Assembly: GCA_028281765.1 (NCBI GenBank)
Contig: JANQJF010000004.1
Coordinates: 26,384-90,383, forward strand
DNA: 64,000 nt
From: Planctomycetota bacterium
Lineage (GTDB): Bacteria > Planctomycetota > UBA1135 > UBA2386
Direction: 5' to 3'
Positions 24,487 to 36,004 of the stretch are shown here, piece by piece. A model generated the notes under the pieces. The model searched no databases, had not been told where the DNA came from, and saw only the letters and a program-made list of their open reading frames with translations. Numbering within the stretch: position 1 is the first letter of the stretch; each line of letters opens with the position of its first letter. A program made the position numbers and the translations under genes.

Positions 24487-25326
24487 TCAACGGGAAACTG
24501 CAGCCGTCACGACCCACGTCGCGCAGTCGAACGCGACGCGCCCCCCGCTCGCGTGCGACTCGAACTCGCGGCGCAACGCGTCGAGCGCGCGTTCGCGATC
24601 GGCCCCGCTCGCCTCGTTGAGGCGCCGCGCGGCGCCGCCCATACGCACGCCGAAGAATTCCGCCGCCTCGTCCGGAGTGCCCATGTCGCAGCGTTGCGAG
24701 ACGTCCCGAATCTCGATCGACTCCCAACCCGCGCCACCGAGAAGACCGCGCACGTAATCTGGATCCGCGAACGAGAACATCTTCGGCGGCGTCGTCGGCG
24801 GCGGCTCGACCGGCCCGAGCACCCCGTTCACGACGCCCGCGGGGATTTGGAACACCAGATTTTTGTCGACGGTCTGCCAACACAGGAATGCCATCCGTGC
24901 ACCCGGCGCCATCGCGCGCCGAATGTTTGCGAACGCGCGAGCCGGATCGTCGAAGAACATCACGCCGAAGCGCGAGTGGACGCAGTCGAACTCCGCGTCG
25001 GGGAGCTCCGCCCGCGTCGCGTCTTCACAGCGAAACTCGAGGTTCAGGTCCGGATGCGCGGCTGCTCGCTCCCGCGCGAGCGCGATGAGCGGCTCCGAAA
25101 TGTCTACACCTATCGCGATTCCCGTCGGGCCGACGGCGCGCGCGAGTTCGATCGTCGTCTGTCCCGCGCCACAGCCGATGTCGAGAACGCGTTGATCGGC
25201 GCGCAGTTCGAGCGCTTCGAGCACCGGGCGGCCGAGCGGTTCGAGCCACGCGTCGAGTCGGGTCTGATTCCGGACCCAGCGCTCACCGGTTTCGCCGTTC
25301 CAATCGTCGGTCTGAGGAGTGGTCAT
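24487..25326 (-). CDS. Class I SAM-dependent methyltransferase
   Basis: Motif I VLDIGCGAGQTT, post-I GVDIS, and a later FDCVHSRFGVMFF segment. Small-molecule/Methyltransf_11-like architecture. Confidence 0.8.
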   Translation of the reverse strand: MTTPQTDDWNGETGERWVRNQTRLDAWLEPLGRPVLEALELRADQRVLDIGCGAGQTTIELARAVGPTGIAIGVDISEPLIALARERAAAHPDLNLEFRCEDATRAELPDAEFDCVHSRFGVMFFDDPARAFANIRRAMAPGARMAFLCWQTVDKNLVFQIPAGVVNGVLGPVEPPPTTPPKMFSFADPDYVRGLLGGAGWESIEIRDVSQRCDMGTPDEAAEFFGVRMGGAARRLNEASGADRERALDALRREFESHASGGRVAFDCATWVVTAAVSR

Positions 25327-25335
25327 CGATCGCGA

Positions 25336-25341
25336 ACGATA
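25336..25341 (-). promoter_or_regulatory. -10-like hexamer TATCGT, 9 nt upstream of ATG 25326
   Basis: Minus strand: gcTATCGTtcgcgatcgATGacc. Confidence 0.3.
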
Positions 25342-25364
25342 GCACGCACGCGTCGAGCGGCGGG

Positions 25365-25370
25365 TATCAT
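25365..25370 (+). promoter_or_regulatory. -10-like hexamer TATCAT, 6 nt upstream of GTG 25377
   Basis: The sequence gggTATCATcctgccGTG, in a 50-bp divergent intergenic region. Confidence 0.35.
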
Positions 25371-25376
25371 CCTGCC

Positions 25377-26465
25377 GTGCACACCCTCGCTTTGGCCTTC
25401 GTCCTGCTGACCCCGCAGGGCGACTCCCCTACTCCGCGCAGCGACGACTCAGCTCCGCGCAGCGACGACGCCGAAATCCTCGAGTCGTTCGCGATGCTGC
25501 GCAGCACGCAGAAGGCGATGCTGATCGCCCGTGTCCGCAACCATCTGCTGCAGACGAGTCCGGCGATGCAGCGCATCCACGCGCTCGCCGTCGACCCGTA
25601 CGAACTGCCGGAGGTCGAGCCGATACCGATCTTCGACCCGCGCAAGACCGCCCGAGGCAAGGCTCCGGATCGGAAGGTCATCGAGCCGGATGCGAAGGCT
25701 CACCAAAGGGTGCGCGCGAAGTTCTCGCGCACACAGCTGCTCGGCGACCTGCAGACGCACGTCGTCTACGACTGGTGCCGCGGCCGCCTGGCCGCCAAGG
25801 AGGTCCCGCTCGACTACGAGCGGACCTTTACGAACATGCTCAACGGCTACCCGCCCGGCACCGACCACGCGGTCGCCCGCATCATGGCCGAACTCGACGA
25901 CGACGAAGCCATGCGCGGCATCGCGCACTGGTTCGGCCATACCTACGCGGATCTCAAAGCCAAGGCGTACCGAGACGTCACGCTCTACGACGCCTGGTAT
26001 TCGGGAGAAGTCGTGATGGTCCCCGACGTCGATGCGATCCCGTTCGCGCACGACGTCCTCGGTCGCACCGAGATGCAATCGCCCTTGTCCGGCCGTCCAC
26101 GCGACGAGCTCTACGAGGCGATCAAGCAAAGCGCGCTCCTCTACCGGAAGTACCGCTCCCTGCGCGAAGCCGCGGCCGCCGCCTTCGTCCGCGCCGATCC
26201 GAAGATGGACGAGATGTACGCTCGGCTCGTCCCCCGCTTCCACGTGCTCTACCCGGAGTGCGACGACTCGCTCGAAAAGCTCAACAAACTCCTGAAGAAG
26301 CGCGACCGCGACAGCCTCCTCGCCGACGTCGACCGCCGCGTGAAGGACCGCGAGAGCAAGGCGTGGGGCCTCCGCCTCGCGCGCGAGAAGGAACTGAAGG
26401 ACCTCGCCGCATCCACGCGCGCCACCGCGATCGCACAACTGAAGGTCTTCACCCGCGGCCGCTAG
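25377..26465 (+). CDS. Hypothetical protein (362 aa)
   Basis: Long ORF with ordinary amino-acid composition, in contrast to the Arg-rich antisense ORF 25449..26567. Short hydrophobic N-terminus and a Lys/Arg/Glu-rich helical C-terminus. I recognise no family. Confidence 0.6.
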   Translation: MHTLALAFVLLTPQGDSPTPRSDDSAPRSDDAEILESFAMLRSTQKAMLIARVRNHLLQTSPAMQRIHALAVDPYELPEVEPIPIFDPRKTARGKAPDRKVIEPDAKAHQRVRAKFSRTQLLGDLQTHVVYDWCRGRLAAKEVPLDYERTFTNMLNGYPPGTDHAVARIMAELDDDEAMRGIAHWFGHTYADLKAKAYRDVTLYDAWYSGEVVMVPDVDAIPFAHDVLGRTEMQSPLSGRPRDELYEAIKQSALLYRKYRSLREAAAAAFVRADPKMDEMYARLVPRFHVLYPECDDSLEKLNKLLKKRDRDSLLADVDRRVKDRESKAWGLRLAREKELKDLAASTRATAIAQLKVFTRGR

Positions 26466-26597
26466 CCCCACGGCCCGTGGCCCGTGCCCGTGCCCGTGTC
26501 CCGACCGTGTCCCGTTCCGTGGAACGTGAATCCGAAGGATCGCCGCTCTTTCGCATGACGGCGGCAACGGGCCCGGGTCCGAGCCCGAAAACGTACG
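26466..26597. repeat. Degenerate relative of the 20930-21045 palindrome family (GCCCGTG / CCGTGGAACGTGAA / CGGGCCCG..CCGAAAACGT modules)
   Basis: The sequence cccacggcccgtggcccgtgcccgtgcccgtgtcccgaccgtgtcccgttCCGTGGAACGTGAA..(36 nt)..ACGGGCCCGGGTCCGAGCCCGAAAACGT shares ordered blocks with one arm of the recA-upstream palindrome. Confidence 0.6.
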
Positions 26598-26657
26598 CCC
26601 CCTGCCCTTCCCTCTACCCTTTCCCTATGCTCGCGGTGTCCCCGTCCAGGATCCCGC

Positions 26658-27278
26658 ATGACAAACAAGCCCCCCTCGCGCCCCGAGTTTTCTCGCCGCG
26701 CCTTCCTCAAGGGTGCCTCCGCCGTCGCCGCCGGTAGCGCCGTCGGCCACGAGATCGCCGCCGCCACGCAGCCCGAGTCCGGCGCCACCGTCTTCGGCAC
26801 CGAGCTGCACACGATCGAGCTCACAGTCAACGGCAAGCCCAAGCAAGTGAAGGTCGAGACGCGCACGACGCTGCTCGACGCACTGCGCGAAGGCGCCGAC
26901 CTGACCGGCACCAAGAAGGTGTGCGACCGCGGCGCGTGCGGCGGCTGCACGGTCATGCTCGACGGGGAAACCGTGAACTCCTGCATGACGCTCGCGTTCG
27001 ACGCGGTCGGTTCCAAGATCACGACGATCGAAGGGCTCGGCACGCCGGACAACCTGCATCCGATGCAGAAGGCCTTCGTCGAATGCGACGCGCTGCAGTG
27101 CGGCTTCTGCACTCCGGGCATGATCGTCAGCGCGACGGCCTGCGTGCAGAAACGCGGCAAGCCGTCGCTCGACCAGATCAAGGCGGACATGTCCGGCAAC
27201 ATCTGTCGCTGCGGGACCTACACCCGGGTCTTCGAAGCCATTCAGAAGGTCGGGGGCCAGAAGGTGGAGGGCCGGTGA
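26658..27278 (+). CDS. Xdh/Pao-family molybdoenzyme, [2Fe-2S] small subunit with twin-arginine signal
   Basis: TAT motif SRRAFLKGASAVAAGSAV. Two 2Fe-2S motifs: CDRGACGGCTV, and CGFCTPGM with CRCGTY. Confidence 0.9.
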   Translation: MTNKPPSRPEFSRRAFLKGASAVAAGSAVGHEIAAATQPESGATVFGTELHTIELTVNGKPKQVKVETRTTLLDALREGADLTGTKKVCDRGACGGCTVMLDGETVNSCMTLAFDAVGSKITTIEGLGTPDNLHPMQKAFVECDALQCGFCTPGMIVSATACVQKRGKPSLDQIKADMSGNICRCGTYTRVFEAIQKVGGQKVEGR

Positions 27279-29524
27279 TGGCGCGCGAAGAATACGAAAT
27301 GAAGGTCGGCTTCGCCGCGGACCAGAAGACCGTCAAGATCAAGATCCCGGACGGCGACCTGAAGCCCTGGGACCTCGACACGAAGTTCGAGACGGTCGGC
27401 ACCGACGTCGACCGGATCGACGGGATCGCGAAAGCGACCGGCACGGCGAAGTACACGTTCGACGTCAATCTGCCCGGCATGCTGCAGGGCGTGATGCTTC
27501 GCTCGAACATCCCGAGCGGTCGCGTCAAGAAGATCGACTTCGAAGCCGCGAGCAAGATGCCGGGCGTCCGCGCGATCGTGCCGCTCAAGGACCCCGCTGA
27601 GGGGCGCCGCAATCGCGTCCGCTGGGTCGGCGACCCGATCGCCGCCGTCGCCGCGGACCGCCGCGAGCAGGCGCTCGACGCGATCGAGAAGATCGTCGTC
27701 GAGTACGAGACCTCGCAAGCCGTGATCGACATGCAGGACGGCGAGGACGCGCCGAAGCTCGAGGGCGGAGAGATCACGTCGCCGTGGCCCGACAAGGGCA
27801 ACGAGCGCATGGAAGAAGCCCTCGGCGAGTGCAAGCACACGCGGTCGGGTACCTGGTTCGCCGAAGTGCAGACGCACTCGGCGCTGGAGTCGCACGGCCA
27901 CGTCTGCTCGTGGGACGACGACAAGGGCACGCTCGAAGTGTGGGCCTCGACCCAAGCGACGTTCGGCGCGCGCTTCGGACTCGCGCGCGCGCTCAACATC
28001 GGCGGCGACAAGGTCACGATCCACGCCGAGTACGTCGGCGGTGGATTCGGCGCCAAGTTCTCGCCGGGCACCGAAGGCGTCGCGTGCGCACTGCTGACGC
28101 GTGAAGCGAAGGCCCCCGTCAAGCTGATGCTCGACCGGTTCGAAGAGCACACCTGCGCCGGCAACCGCCCGTCCGCGCTGATGCAGATCCGCGCCGGCAT
28201 CGACGCGGACAACACGATCACGGCCTGGGACTACCGCTGCTACGGCGGCCCGGGATACCGGGGCCGCGGTGGTCGCACGACGTTCCCGCGCTCGTATCTC
28301 GAGGACGCGCACGTGCGCGCCACCCAGAAGGACATCGCCACCAACACCGATGCTGGCCGCGCGATGCGCGCACCGGGCTGGCCGCAGGGCTACTTCGCCG
28401 GCGAAGGCATGATCGACGCGTTGGCCGAAGCCGCGGGCATCGATCCGCTCGAGTTCCGGCTGCACAACGAATCTGAGAAGCTGCGCGAAGCGGAGTGGCG
28501 CATGGGCGCCGAGAAGTTCGACTGGGCGAAGCGCTGGCAGCCGTACGGCGAGCGCGACTACGGCAAGCGCTACCTCAAGGGCGCCGGGATGGCGTCCGCG
28601 ATGTGGGGCCAGATGGGCCACCGCGGCCGCGGCTCCCCCAACGCGGTCAAGGTGCGCATCCACGCCGACGGCACGGTCGAGTCGCGCAACGGCGCGCAGG
28701 ACATCGGCACCGGCATGAAGACCGTGCTCGCGATGCTCACGGCCGAAGAACTGCAGATCCCGGTCGGCACCATCAAGGTGACGATGGGCGACACCAACGA
28801 TCCCGCGGGACCGGCGAGCGGCGGCAGCACGACGACGCCGAGCCTCGCTCCGGCCGCGCGCCTCGCCGCCGGCATGGCGAAGAACGAACTGCGCACGCTC
28901 GTCGCCGAGCACCTGCGCGTCGAAGAAGACAAGGTCACAGTCGAGAACGGTCGCTGGGGTGTCCCCGGCGGCAAGACGCTGCTCTTCGAGGAAGCCTGCA
29001 AGCTCATCGGTCCGCAGCCGATCGAGAAGGTCGGCGAGCGCACGTCGAACTACAAGGGCTACAAGAACAACGTCTGCGGCTGCCAGTTCGCCGAGGTCGA
29101 AGTCGACACCCGCACGGGCTTCGTGCGCGTGACCGAGATGCTCGGCATCCAGGACTGCGGCACCGTGATCGCCAAGAAACTCGCGGAGAGCCAGGTGCTC
29201 GGCGCGATGATCGGCGCGCTCAGCTACACGCTCCACGAGCAGCGCATCATGGACCCGAAGTCGGGCCGCATGCTGAACGGCGACCTGATGATGTACAAGA
29301 TCGCCGGCGCAGCCGACATGCCGAAGCTCACGGCCCACATGTTCCCGGTCGCGAACGGCAAGAACAGCGTCGGGGCCGCCGGCCTCGGCGAGCCACCATC
29401 GGTCGCCGGCCCCGCCGCGATCGCCAACGCCGTCGCCAACGCGATCGGCGCCCCTGTCCGCAACATCCCGATCACGCCCGACCAAGTGCTCGCCGCGATC
29501 GACTCCAAGAAGGGAGGCAAGTGA
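27278..29524 (+). CDS. Xdh/Pao-family molybdopterin-binding large subunit
   Basis: The ATG overlaps the upstream TGA (GTGATG). Aldehyde oxidase/xanthine dehydrogenase a/b-hammerhead and Moco-binding regions are present (GGGFG, AMRAPG, GLGEPP). Confidence 0.9.
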   Translation: MAREEYEMKVGFAADQKTVKIKIPDGDLKPWDLDTKFETVGTDVDRIDGIAKATGTAKYTFDVNLPGMLQGVMLRSNIPSGRVKKIDFEAASKMPGVRAIVPLKDPAEGRRNRVRWVGDPIAAVAADRREQALDAIEKIVVEYETSQAVIDMQDGEDAPKLEGGEITSPWPDKGNERMEEALGECKHTRSGTWFAEVQTHSALESHGHVCSWDDDKGTLEVWASTQATFGARFGLARALNIGGDKVTIHAEYVGGGFGAKFSPGTEGVACALLTREAKAPVKLMLDRFEEHTCAGNRPSALMQIRAGIDADNTITAWDYRCYGGPGYRGRGGRTTFPRSYLEDAHVRATQKDIATNTDAGRAMRAPGWPQGYFAGEGMIDALAEAAGIDPLEFRLHNESEKLREAEWRMGAEKFDWAKRWQPYGERDYGKRYLKGAGMASAMWGQMGHRGRGSPNAVKVRIHADGTVESRNGAQDIGTGMKTVLAMLTAEELQIPVGTIKVTMGDTNDPAGPASGGSTTTPSLAPAARLAAGMAKNELRTLVAEHLRVEEDKVTVENGRWGVPGGKTLLFEEACKLIGPQPIEKVGERTSNYKGYKNNVCGCQFAEVEVDTRTGFVRVTEMLGIQDCGTVIAKKLAESQVLGAMIGALSYTLHEQRIMDPKSGRMLNGDLMMYKIAGAADMPKLTAHMFPVANGKNSVGAAGLGEPPSVAGPAAIANAVANAIGAPVRNIPITPDQVLAAIDSKKGGK

Positions 29525-30507
29525 TGAGACCATTCCAACTCGTCCGGCCCGACAACCTCGCGGAGGCCTCGCGCCGCGCGAAGGGCGACAAGAGCCTCAT
29601 CAAGGCGGGCGGCATCGACGTCCTCGACCGGCTCAAGGAGCGACTCGAGAACCCCGAGAAGCTCGTCAACATCCTCGACCTCAAGACCGATCTCTCCGAC
29701 ATCGCCCGCGACGGCGCGACGCTGCGCATCGGCGCGCTGAGCACGCTCGCGCAGCTCGCCAATGCCGGCGAACTCGAGAAATCCGAATGGCACGCGATCC
29801 GCGACGCCGCCGGCAAAACCGCGACGCCGCAGGTCCGCAACCGCGCGACCGCGGGCGGCAACCTGCTGCAGCTGACGCGCTGCTGGTACCGCCGTTCTTC
29901 GTCGCTCGGCTGCGCCCACGGCGGCGACGGCCCCGATTGTCTCGCGCAGACCGGCGAGAACCGCTACCACGCGGTCATGGGCGGCATCGACTGCTTCCGC
30001 GTGCACCCGAGCAATCTCGCGCCCGCGCTGATCGCGCTCGACGCGTCGGTCCGCGTCCGCAATGACAAGGACGAGCGCACGCTGACGATGCTCGAGCTGT
30101 ATCCGGAGGAGCCCTACGCCGACGAAGCCGAGCACACGCTCGTGAGCGGCGAGATCCTCACGGAGATCCTCGTGCCCGCGCAGCCCGCCGGTTCGCGCTC
30201 CGCGTATCGCGACAGCCGCGAGAAGGAGAGCTTCGACTGGCCGACGACGTCCGCCGCCGTGCGCATGTCGATCGACTCCGGCAAGATCACAGACGCGCGC
30301 ATCTGCCTCGGTGCGGTCGCGCCCAACCCGGTGTTCGTGCCGGATGCCGCCGCGTTGCTGATCGGCAAGGCGCCGAGCGACGAGCTCTTCGCCAAGGTCG
30401 CGGCGAAGGCGTACGAAGGCGCCGAACCGCTCGAGAAGAACCAGTACAAGGTCCGACTCGGGCAAGCGACCCTCATCGACACCCTGGAAGCAGCCGCTGC
30501 GAGGTAA
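29524..30507 (+). CDS. Xdh/Pao-family FAD-binding subunit (CO-dehydrogenase flavoprotein-like) with a 4-Cys insert
   Basis: The ATG overlaps the upstream TGA. Motifs IKAGGIDVLD, ATAGGNLLQ. Cys pattern C-x9-C-x8-C-x17-C (LTRCWYRRSSSLGCAHGGDGPDC..IDC). Confidence 0.85.
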   Translation: MRPFQLVRPDNLAEASRRAKGDKSLIKAGGIDVLDRLKERLENPEKLVNILDLKTDLSDIARDGATLRIGALSTLAQLANAGELEKSEWHAIRDAAGKTATPQVRNRATAGGNLLQLTRCWYRRSSSLGCAHGGDGPDCLAQTGENRYHAVMGGIDCFRVHPSNLAPALIALDASVRVRNDKDERTLTMLELYPEEPYADEAEHTLVSGEILTEILVPAQPAGSRSAYRDSREKESFDWPTTSAAVRMSIDSGKITDARICLGAVAPNPVFVPDAAALLIGKAPSDELFAKVAAKAYEGAEPLEKNQYKVRLGQATLIDTLEAAAAR

Positions 30508-30509
30508 TC

Positions 30510-30755
30510 ATGGAACCGAACACCCCACGCATGACGCACCGTGACCTGCTTCCGCGCGACATCTGCCCGTCGCTGATGATGAAGCACATCTTGACCGGCG
30601 ACATCGACGCGCCGCTCTACGACGACCGTGGCTACGTCGGCGACGGCTACTTCTGGTGCATGGTGACGTGCGAGCCGATCGGCCCGGACGACGAGCTGTG
30701 CGATCCGGAGTCGTGTCGGGCCGGCCGGGCCTGCCACGAAGGGCTGCAGCTGTAG
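30510..30755 (+). CDS. Hypothetical Cys-rich 81-aa protein
   Basis: The ATG lies 2 nt after the upstream TAA, with GAGG 6 nt upstream. Six Cys residues (DICPS, FWCMVTCEPIGPDDELCDPESCRAGRAC). I recognise no family. Confidence 0.55.
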   Translation: MEPNTPRMTHRDLLPRDICPSLMMKHILTGDIDAPLYDDRGYVGDGYFWCMVTCEPIGPDDELCDPESCRAGRACHEGLQL

Positions 30756-30772
30756 CGCCCCGGCCCGGCCCC

Positions 30773-33319
<2,547 letters not shown>

Positions 33320-33328
33320 GGCCCTGCC

Positions 33329-33910
33329 TCAATCCTTCTCCAGTTCGATCGCGAGCCGTGCCCGCGCGCGCGACAGGAGCTTGCGAACGGCAACCTCCGA
33401 ACGGCCGGTCTGCGCAGAGATCTCCTGGTGACTCATGCCGAGCAACCGCGCCTGCACGATGACGTCGCGAAACTCCTCGGGAAGCGCGTCGAGCGCGCGC
33501 TCGATGCGATCGACTTCCTCCCGCGCGACCGCCGCACGACTCGGCGTGAACACCGTCGCGTAGGCGTCGAGCAGGACACCGTCATCGACCGGAGTCGCCT
33601 CGCGCTCGACGGCGCGCTTCTGCGCGGCGTGATACTCGGCCTTCCGGACGATCTTGTGCAGCGCAACCGCGTAGAGCCAGCGACGGAACTCCTCCGGTGC
33701 TTCGCAGTCGGCTCCGTCGAGATCATTCAGCACCTCGCGACACACGGTCTGCACGAGGTCCGAGCACCGCTCCCGAGCCCGTAACGCGGCGCCGCTGCGC
33801 ACCCGCACGAACGCCCGCAGTCCGGGTAAGTGGTCACCGAGGAGCGCATCCCGCGCCTCGCGATCGCCGCGGCGCGCCCGCTCGAGCAGCGATCGGAAGT
33901 CGTCGGTCAC
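33329..33910 (-). CDS. ECF-type RNA polymerase sigma-70 family factor
   Basis: Region 2 (DLVQTVCREVL, RRWLYAVALHKI) and region 4 HTH (ARLLGMSHQEISAQTGRSEVAVRKLLSRAR). The GTG start overlaps the upstream peptidase stop (GTGA). Confidence 0.85.
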   Translation of the reverse strand: MTDDFRSLLERARRGDREARDALLGDHLPGLRAFVRVRSGAALRARERCSDLVQTVCREVLNDLDGADCEAPEEFRRWLYAVALHKIVRKAEYHAAQKRAVEREATPVDDGVLLDAYATVFTPSRAAVAREEVDRIERALDALPEEFRDVIVQARLLGMSHQEISAQTGRSEVAVRKLLSRARARLAIELEKD

Positions 33911-35946
33911 TTCGGCAACTGATACTCGACGTCGAGCGGCGGCAGGGCCTTCGCCCGGCGCTCTCCGTCACCCTTGAGATAGTGGTCGAACCAGCGCAGC
34001 GTGCGCAGCGCGTAGTCGTAGCGATAGACGTTCGTCCGGTTGCCGTGTCCCTCGTTCGGATACTGCACGTAGCGGACTGGCGTCTCGGTCGAGAACTTGA
34101 TCGCGCGATACAGCATGAACGGCTGGCTCGGATGCACGCGCGTGTCGCTCGTGCCGCCGGCAAGCAGCGTCGGTGTCTTGCACTGCGGCGCCCAGTTCAA
34201 CGGGCTGCGGTCGTCGAGCAGCCCCGGCTGCTGCCACGGCCATTTCTCCTGGTAGTGGACGTAGAAGAACTCCCACGGGATGTCCGAGGTCATCCACTTC
34301 GTATGGATGTGCACGAACGGCACGAAGCTGACCGCGGCCGCGAACCGGCCGCTGTGCTTCGTCGCAGCCCAGGCTGCCGTGTAGCCGCCGTAGCTGCCGC
34401 CGCCGATGCCGACGCGGGCGGGATCGATCAGCCCCTGACGCGCGAAGTAATCGATCGCGTCGATGTGGTCTTCGAACTCCTTGCCCATCGGATCGCCGTG
34501 GTCCTTCTTGCAGAACTCGACGCCGTAGCCGGTCGACGCCCGGTAGTTGGGGTACCAGGACACGTAGCCACGTGCGGCGAGCAGCTGCCCCCACTGCGAG
34601 TAGCTCGTCAGCCAGCCGTCGTTGTGGTGCGCTTCCGGACCGCCGTGCACGACCACGACGAGCGGGTAGCGCTGTCCTTCCTCGTAGCCGAGCGGCTTGA
34701 TCAGGAGGCCCTCGATCGGCAGCCCGTCGCGCGCACGCATGCGCACGATCGACTGCTCCCCGAACGCCGCGTTCGCAAGCGACGCGTTGGTCGTCGTCAG
34801 GCGTACGACGTCCTTCGAATCTTTGTCGAGATTCTTGAGGAACAGCTCGCCCGGATGCGTGCGCGAACTCGCCGTGAATGCGATCACGCTGCCCGTGTCG
34901 ACCCCGGTGATCGCGAGTCGCGGCGCCTTCGGCTCGAAGATCCACTGGTCCTTGCCGGACGCGTCGAGGTGACGCAGTCGCGTCCTCACGCCAACGCTCT
35001 CCCGCACGATGAATCCGTTCCCCGTCGTCGCGATGCCCTGGACCATGCCGAGCATACCGCGAGTCAGAGGACGCACTTTCTTGCTCGTGAGTTCGACGAG
35101 ATACAGCATGCCGGCGTGCGGGTCGTTGCGGTCCGCGGCCGAGATGTACGCCACGTGCGAGCCGTCCGGCGACCAAGCGAACATGCCGAGCTTGCCCGGG
35201 TTGTCGACGACTTGCTCGATCGCACCGCTTTCCGCGTCGACGACGTGCAGCCGCTTGAACATGTAGCTGTCGTCGACGAGGTTACGCGGCGCACACGCGC
35301 ACGCGAGCTTCTTGCCGTCCCGCGACCAGTGGAACTCGAACACCGACGTGCCCTTGGTCAGCTGGCGCGGCTCCTTGCCCTCCTCCCAGATCCAAAGCGA
35401 ACGATGACGCCAGTCCTCATCGACGATCACCGGCTTGAAGCCGTGCTTCCGCGCCGCGACTCGACCGACCGGTCGCGGATCGATCGACGTGAACGCGAAG
35501 GCCTTGCCATCCGGACGCCAGGCGTACGACGACACCGACGGCGTCGTGGCGATCTGCTCCGGTTCCCCGCCTTCCACGGCGATGCCGACGAGCTGCCGCT
35601 TGCCGTCGACGGTCTTCACGTAGGTGACCTGTCGAGACCCCGGCCGCACCGCCATCGACGACGCGGTGTCCTTGCCCGACACGAGCCAACGCGGCTCCGC
35701 CTGCCCACCGGCCGCGGCGTCGAGGCCATCGATCACGCCGACGTGGAGTCGAGAGCCGCCCGGCCCATCCGCGAGCGGACGAGGCACGACCACCTGGAAC
35801 GCGACAAACCCGTCGCCAAGGCGCGGGTTGATGACCGTGCGCAGGTCCATGGCCTGCTCCACGGTCAACGGCTGCTGGGCCGGGAGGGCCGCCGAGAGAC
35901 CGAGGCCGAGAAGAACGAAGAATCGCGGGGCGGAGGCCAAGCTCAT
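33907..35946 (-). CDS. Secreted S9 family serine peptidase (beta-propeller + prolyl-oligopeptidase/acylaminoacyl-peptidase catalytic domain)
   Basis: Signal peptide MSLASAPRFFVLLGLGLSAALPAQQ. Nucleophile motif GGGSYGGY, plus conserved Asp and His regions (GTSDTRV, EGHG). Confidence 0.85.
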   Translation of the reverse strand: MSLASAPRFFVLLGLGLSAALPAQQPLTVEQAMDLRTVINPRLGDGFVAFQVVVPRPLADGPGGSRLHVGVIDGLDAAAGGQAEPRWLVSGKDTASSMAVRPGSRQVTYVKTVDGKRQLVGIAVEGGEPEQIATTPSVSSYAWRPDGKAFAFTSIDPRPVGRVAARKHGFKPVIVDEDWRHRSLWIWEEGKEPRQLTKGTSVFEFHWSRDGKKLACACAPRNLVDDSYMFKRLHVVDAESGAIEQVVDNPGKLGMFAWSPDGSHVAYISAADRNDPHAGMLYLVELTSKKVRPLTRGMLGMVQGIATTGNGFIVRESVGVRTRLRHLDASGKDQWIFEPKAPRLAITGVDTGSVIAFTASSRTHPGELFLKNLDKDSKDVVRLTTTNASLANAAFGEQSIVRMRARDGLPIEGLLIKPLGYEEGQRYPLVVVVHGGPEAHHNDGWLTSYSQWGQLLAARGYVSWYPNYRASTGYGVEFCKKDHGDPMGKEFEDHIDAIDYFARQGLIDPARVGIGGGSYGGYTAAWAATKHSGRFAAAVSFVPFVHIHTKWMTSDIPWEFFYVHYQEKWPWQQPGLLDDRSPLNWAPQCKTPTLLAGGTSDTRVHPSQPFMLYRAIKFSTETPVRYVQYPNEGHGNRTNVYRYDYALRTLRWFDHYLKGDGERRAKALPPLDVEYQLPK

Positions 35947-36004
35947 GGCGCGGAGCTTAGCCGGGGGCCCGCCGGCGTCACACGCCAGCGAGCCGAATCT
36001 CCGG

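Noticed and set aside
24487-25326. The SAM-dependent methyltransferase as an orphan DNA methylase or RM component.
   Set aside because: It lacks DNA-methyltransferase motifs (no DPPY/NPPY or PC-ENV). The architecture is small-molecule/Methyltransf_11-like, and there is no neighbouring endonuclease.
23137-25410. A 757-aa ORF on the plus strand crossing two gene boundaries.
   Set aside because: It is antisense to the LamG-domain gene and the methyltransferase gene, and it runs through their intergenic region. It is Arg/Asp/Glu-rich with no motifs.
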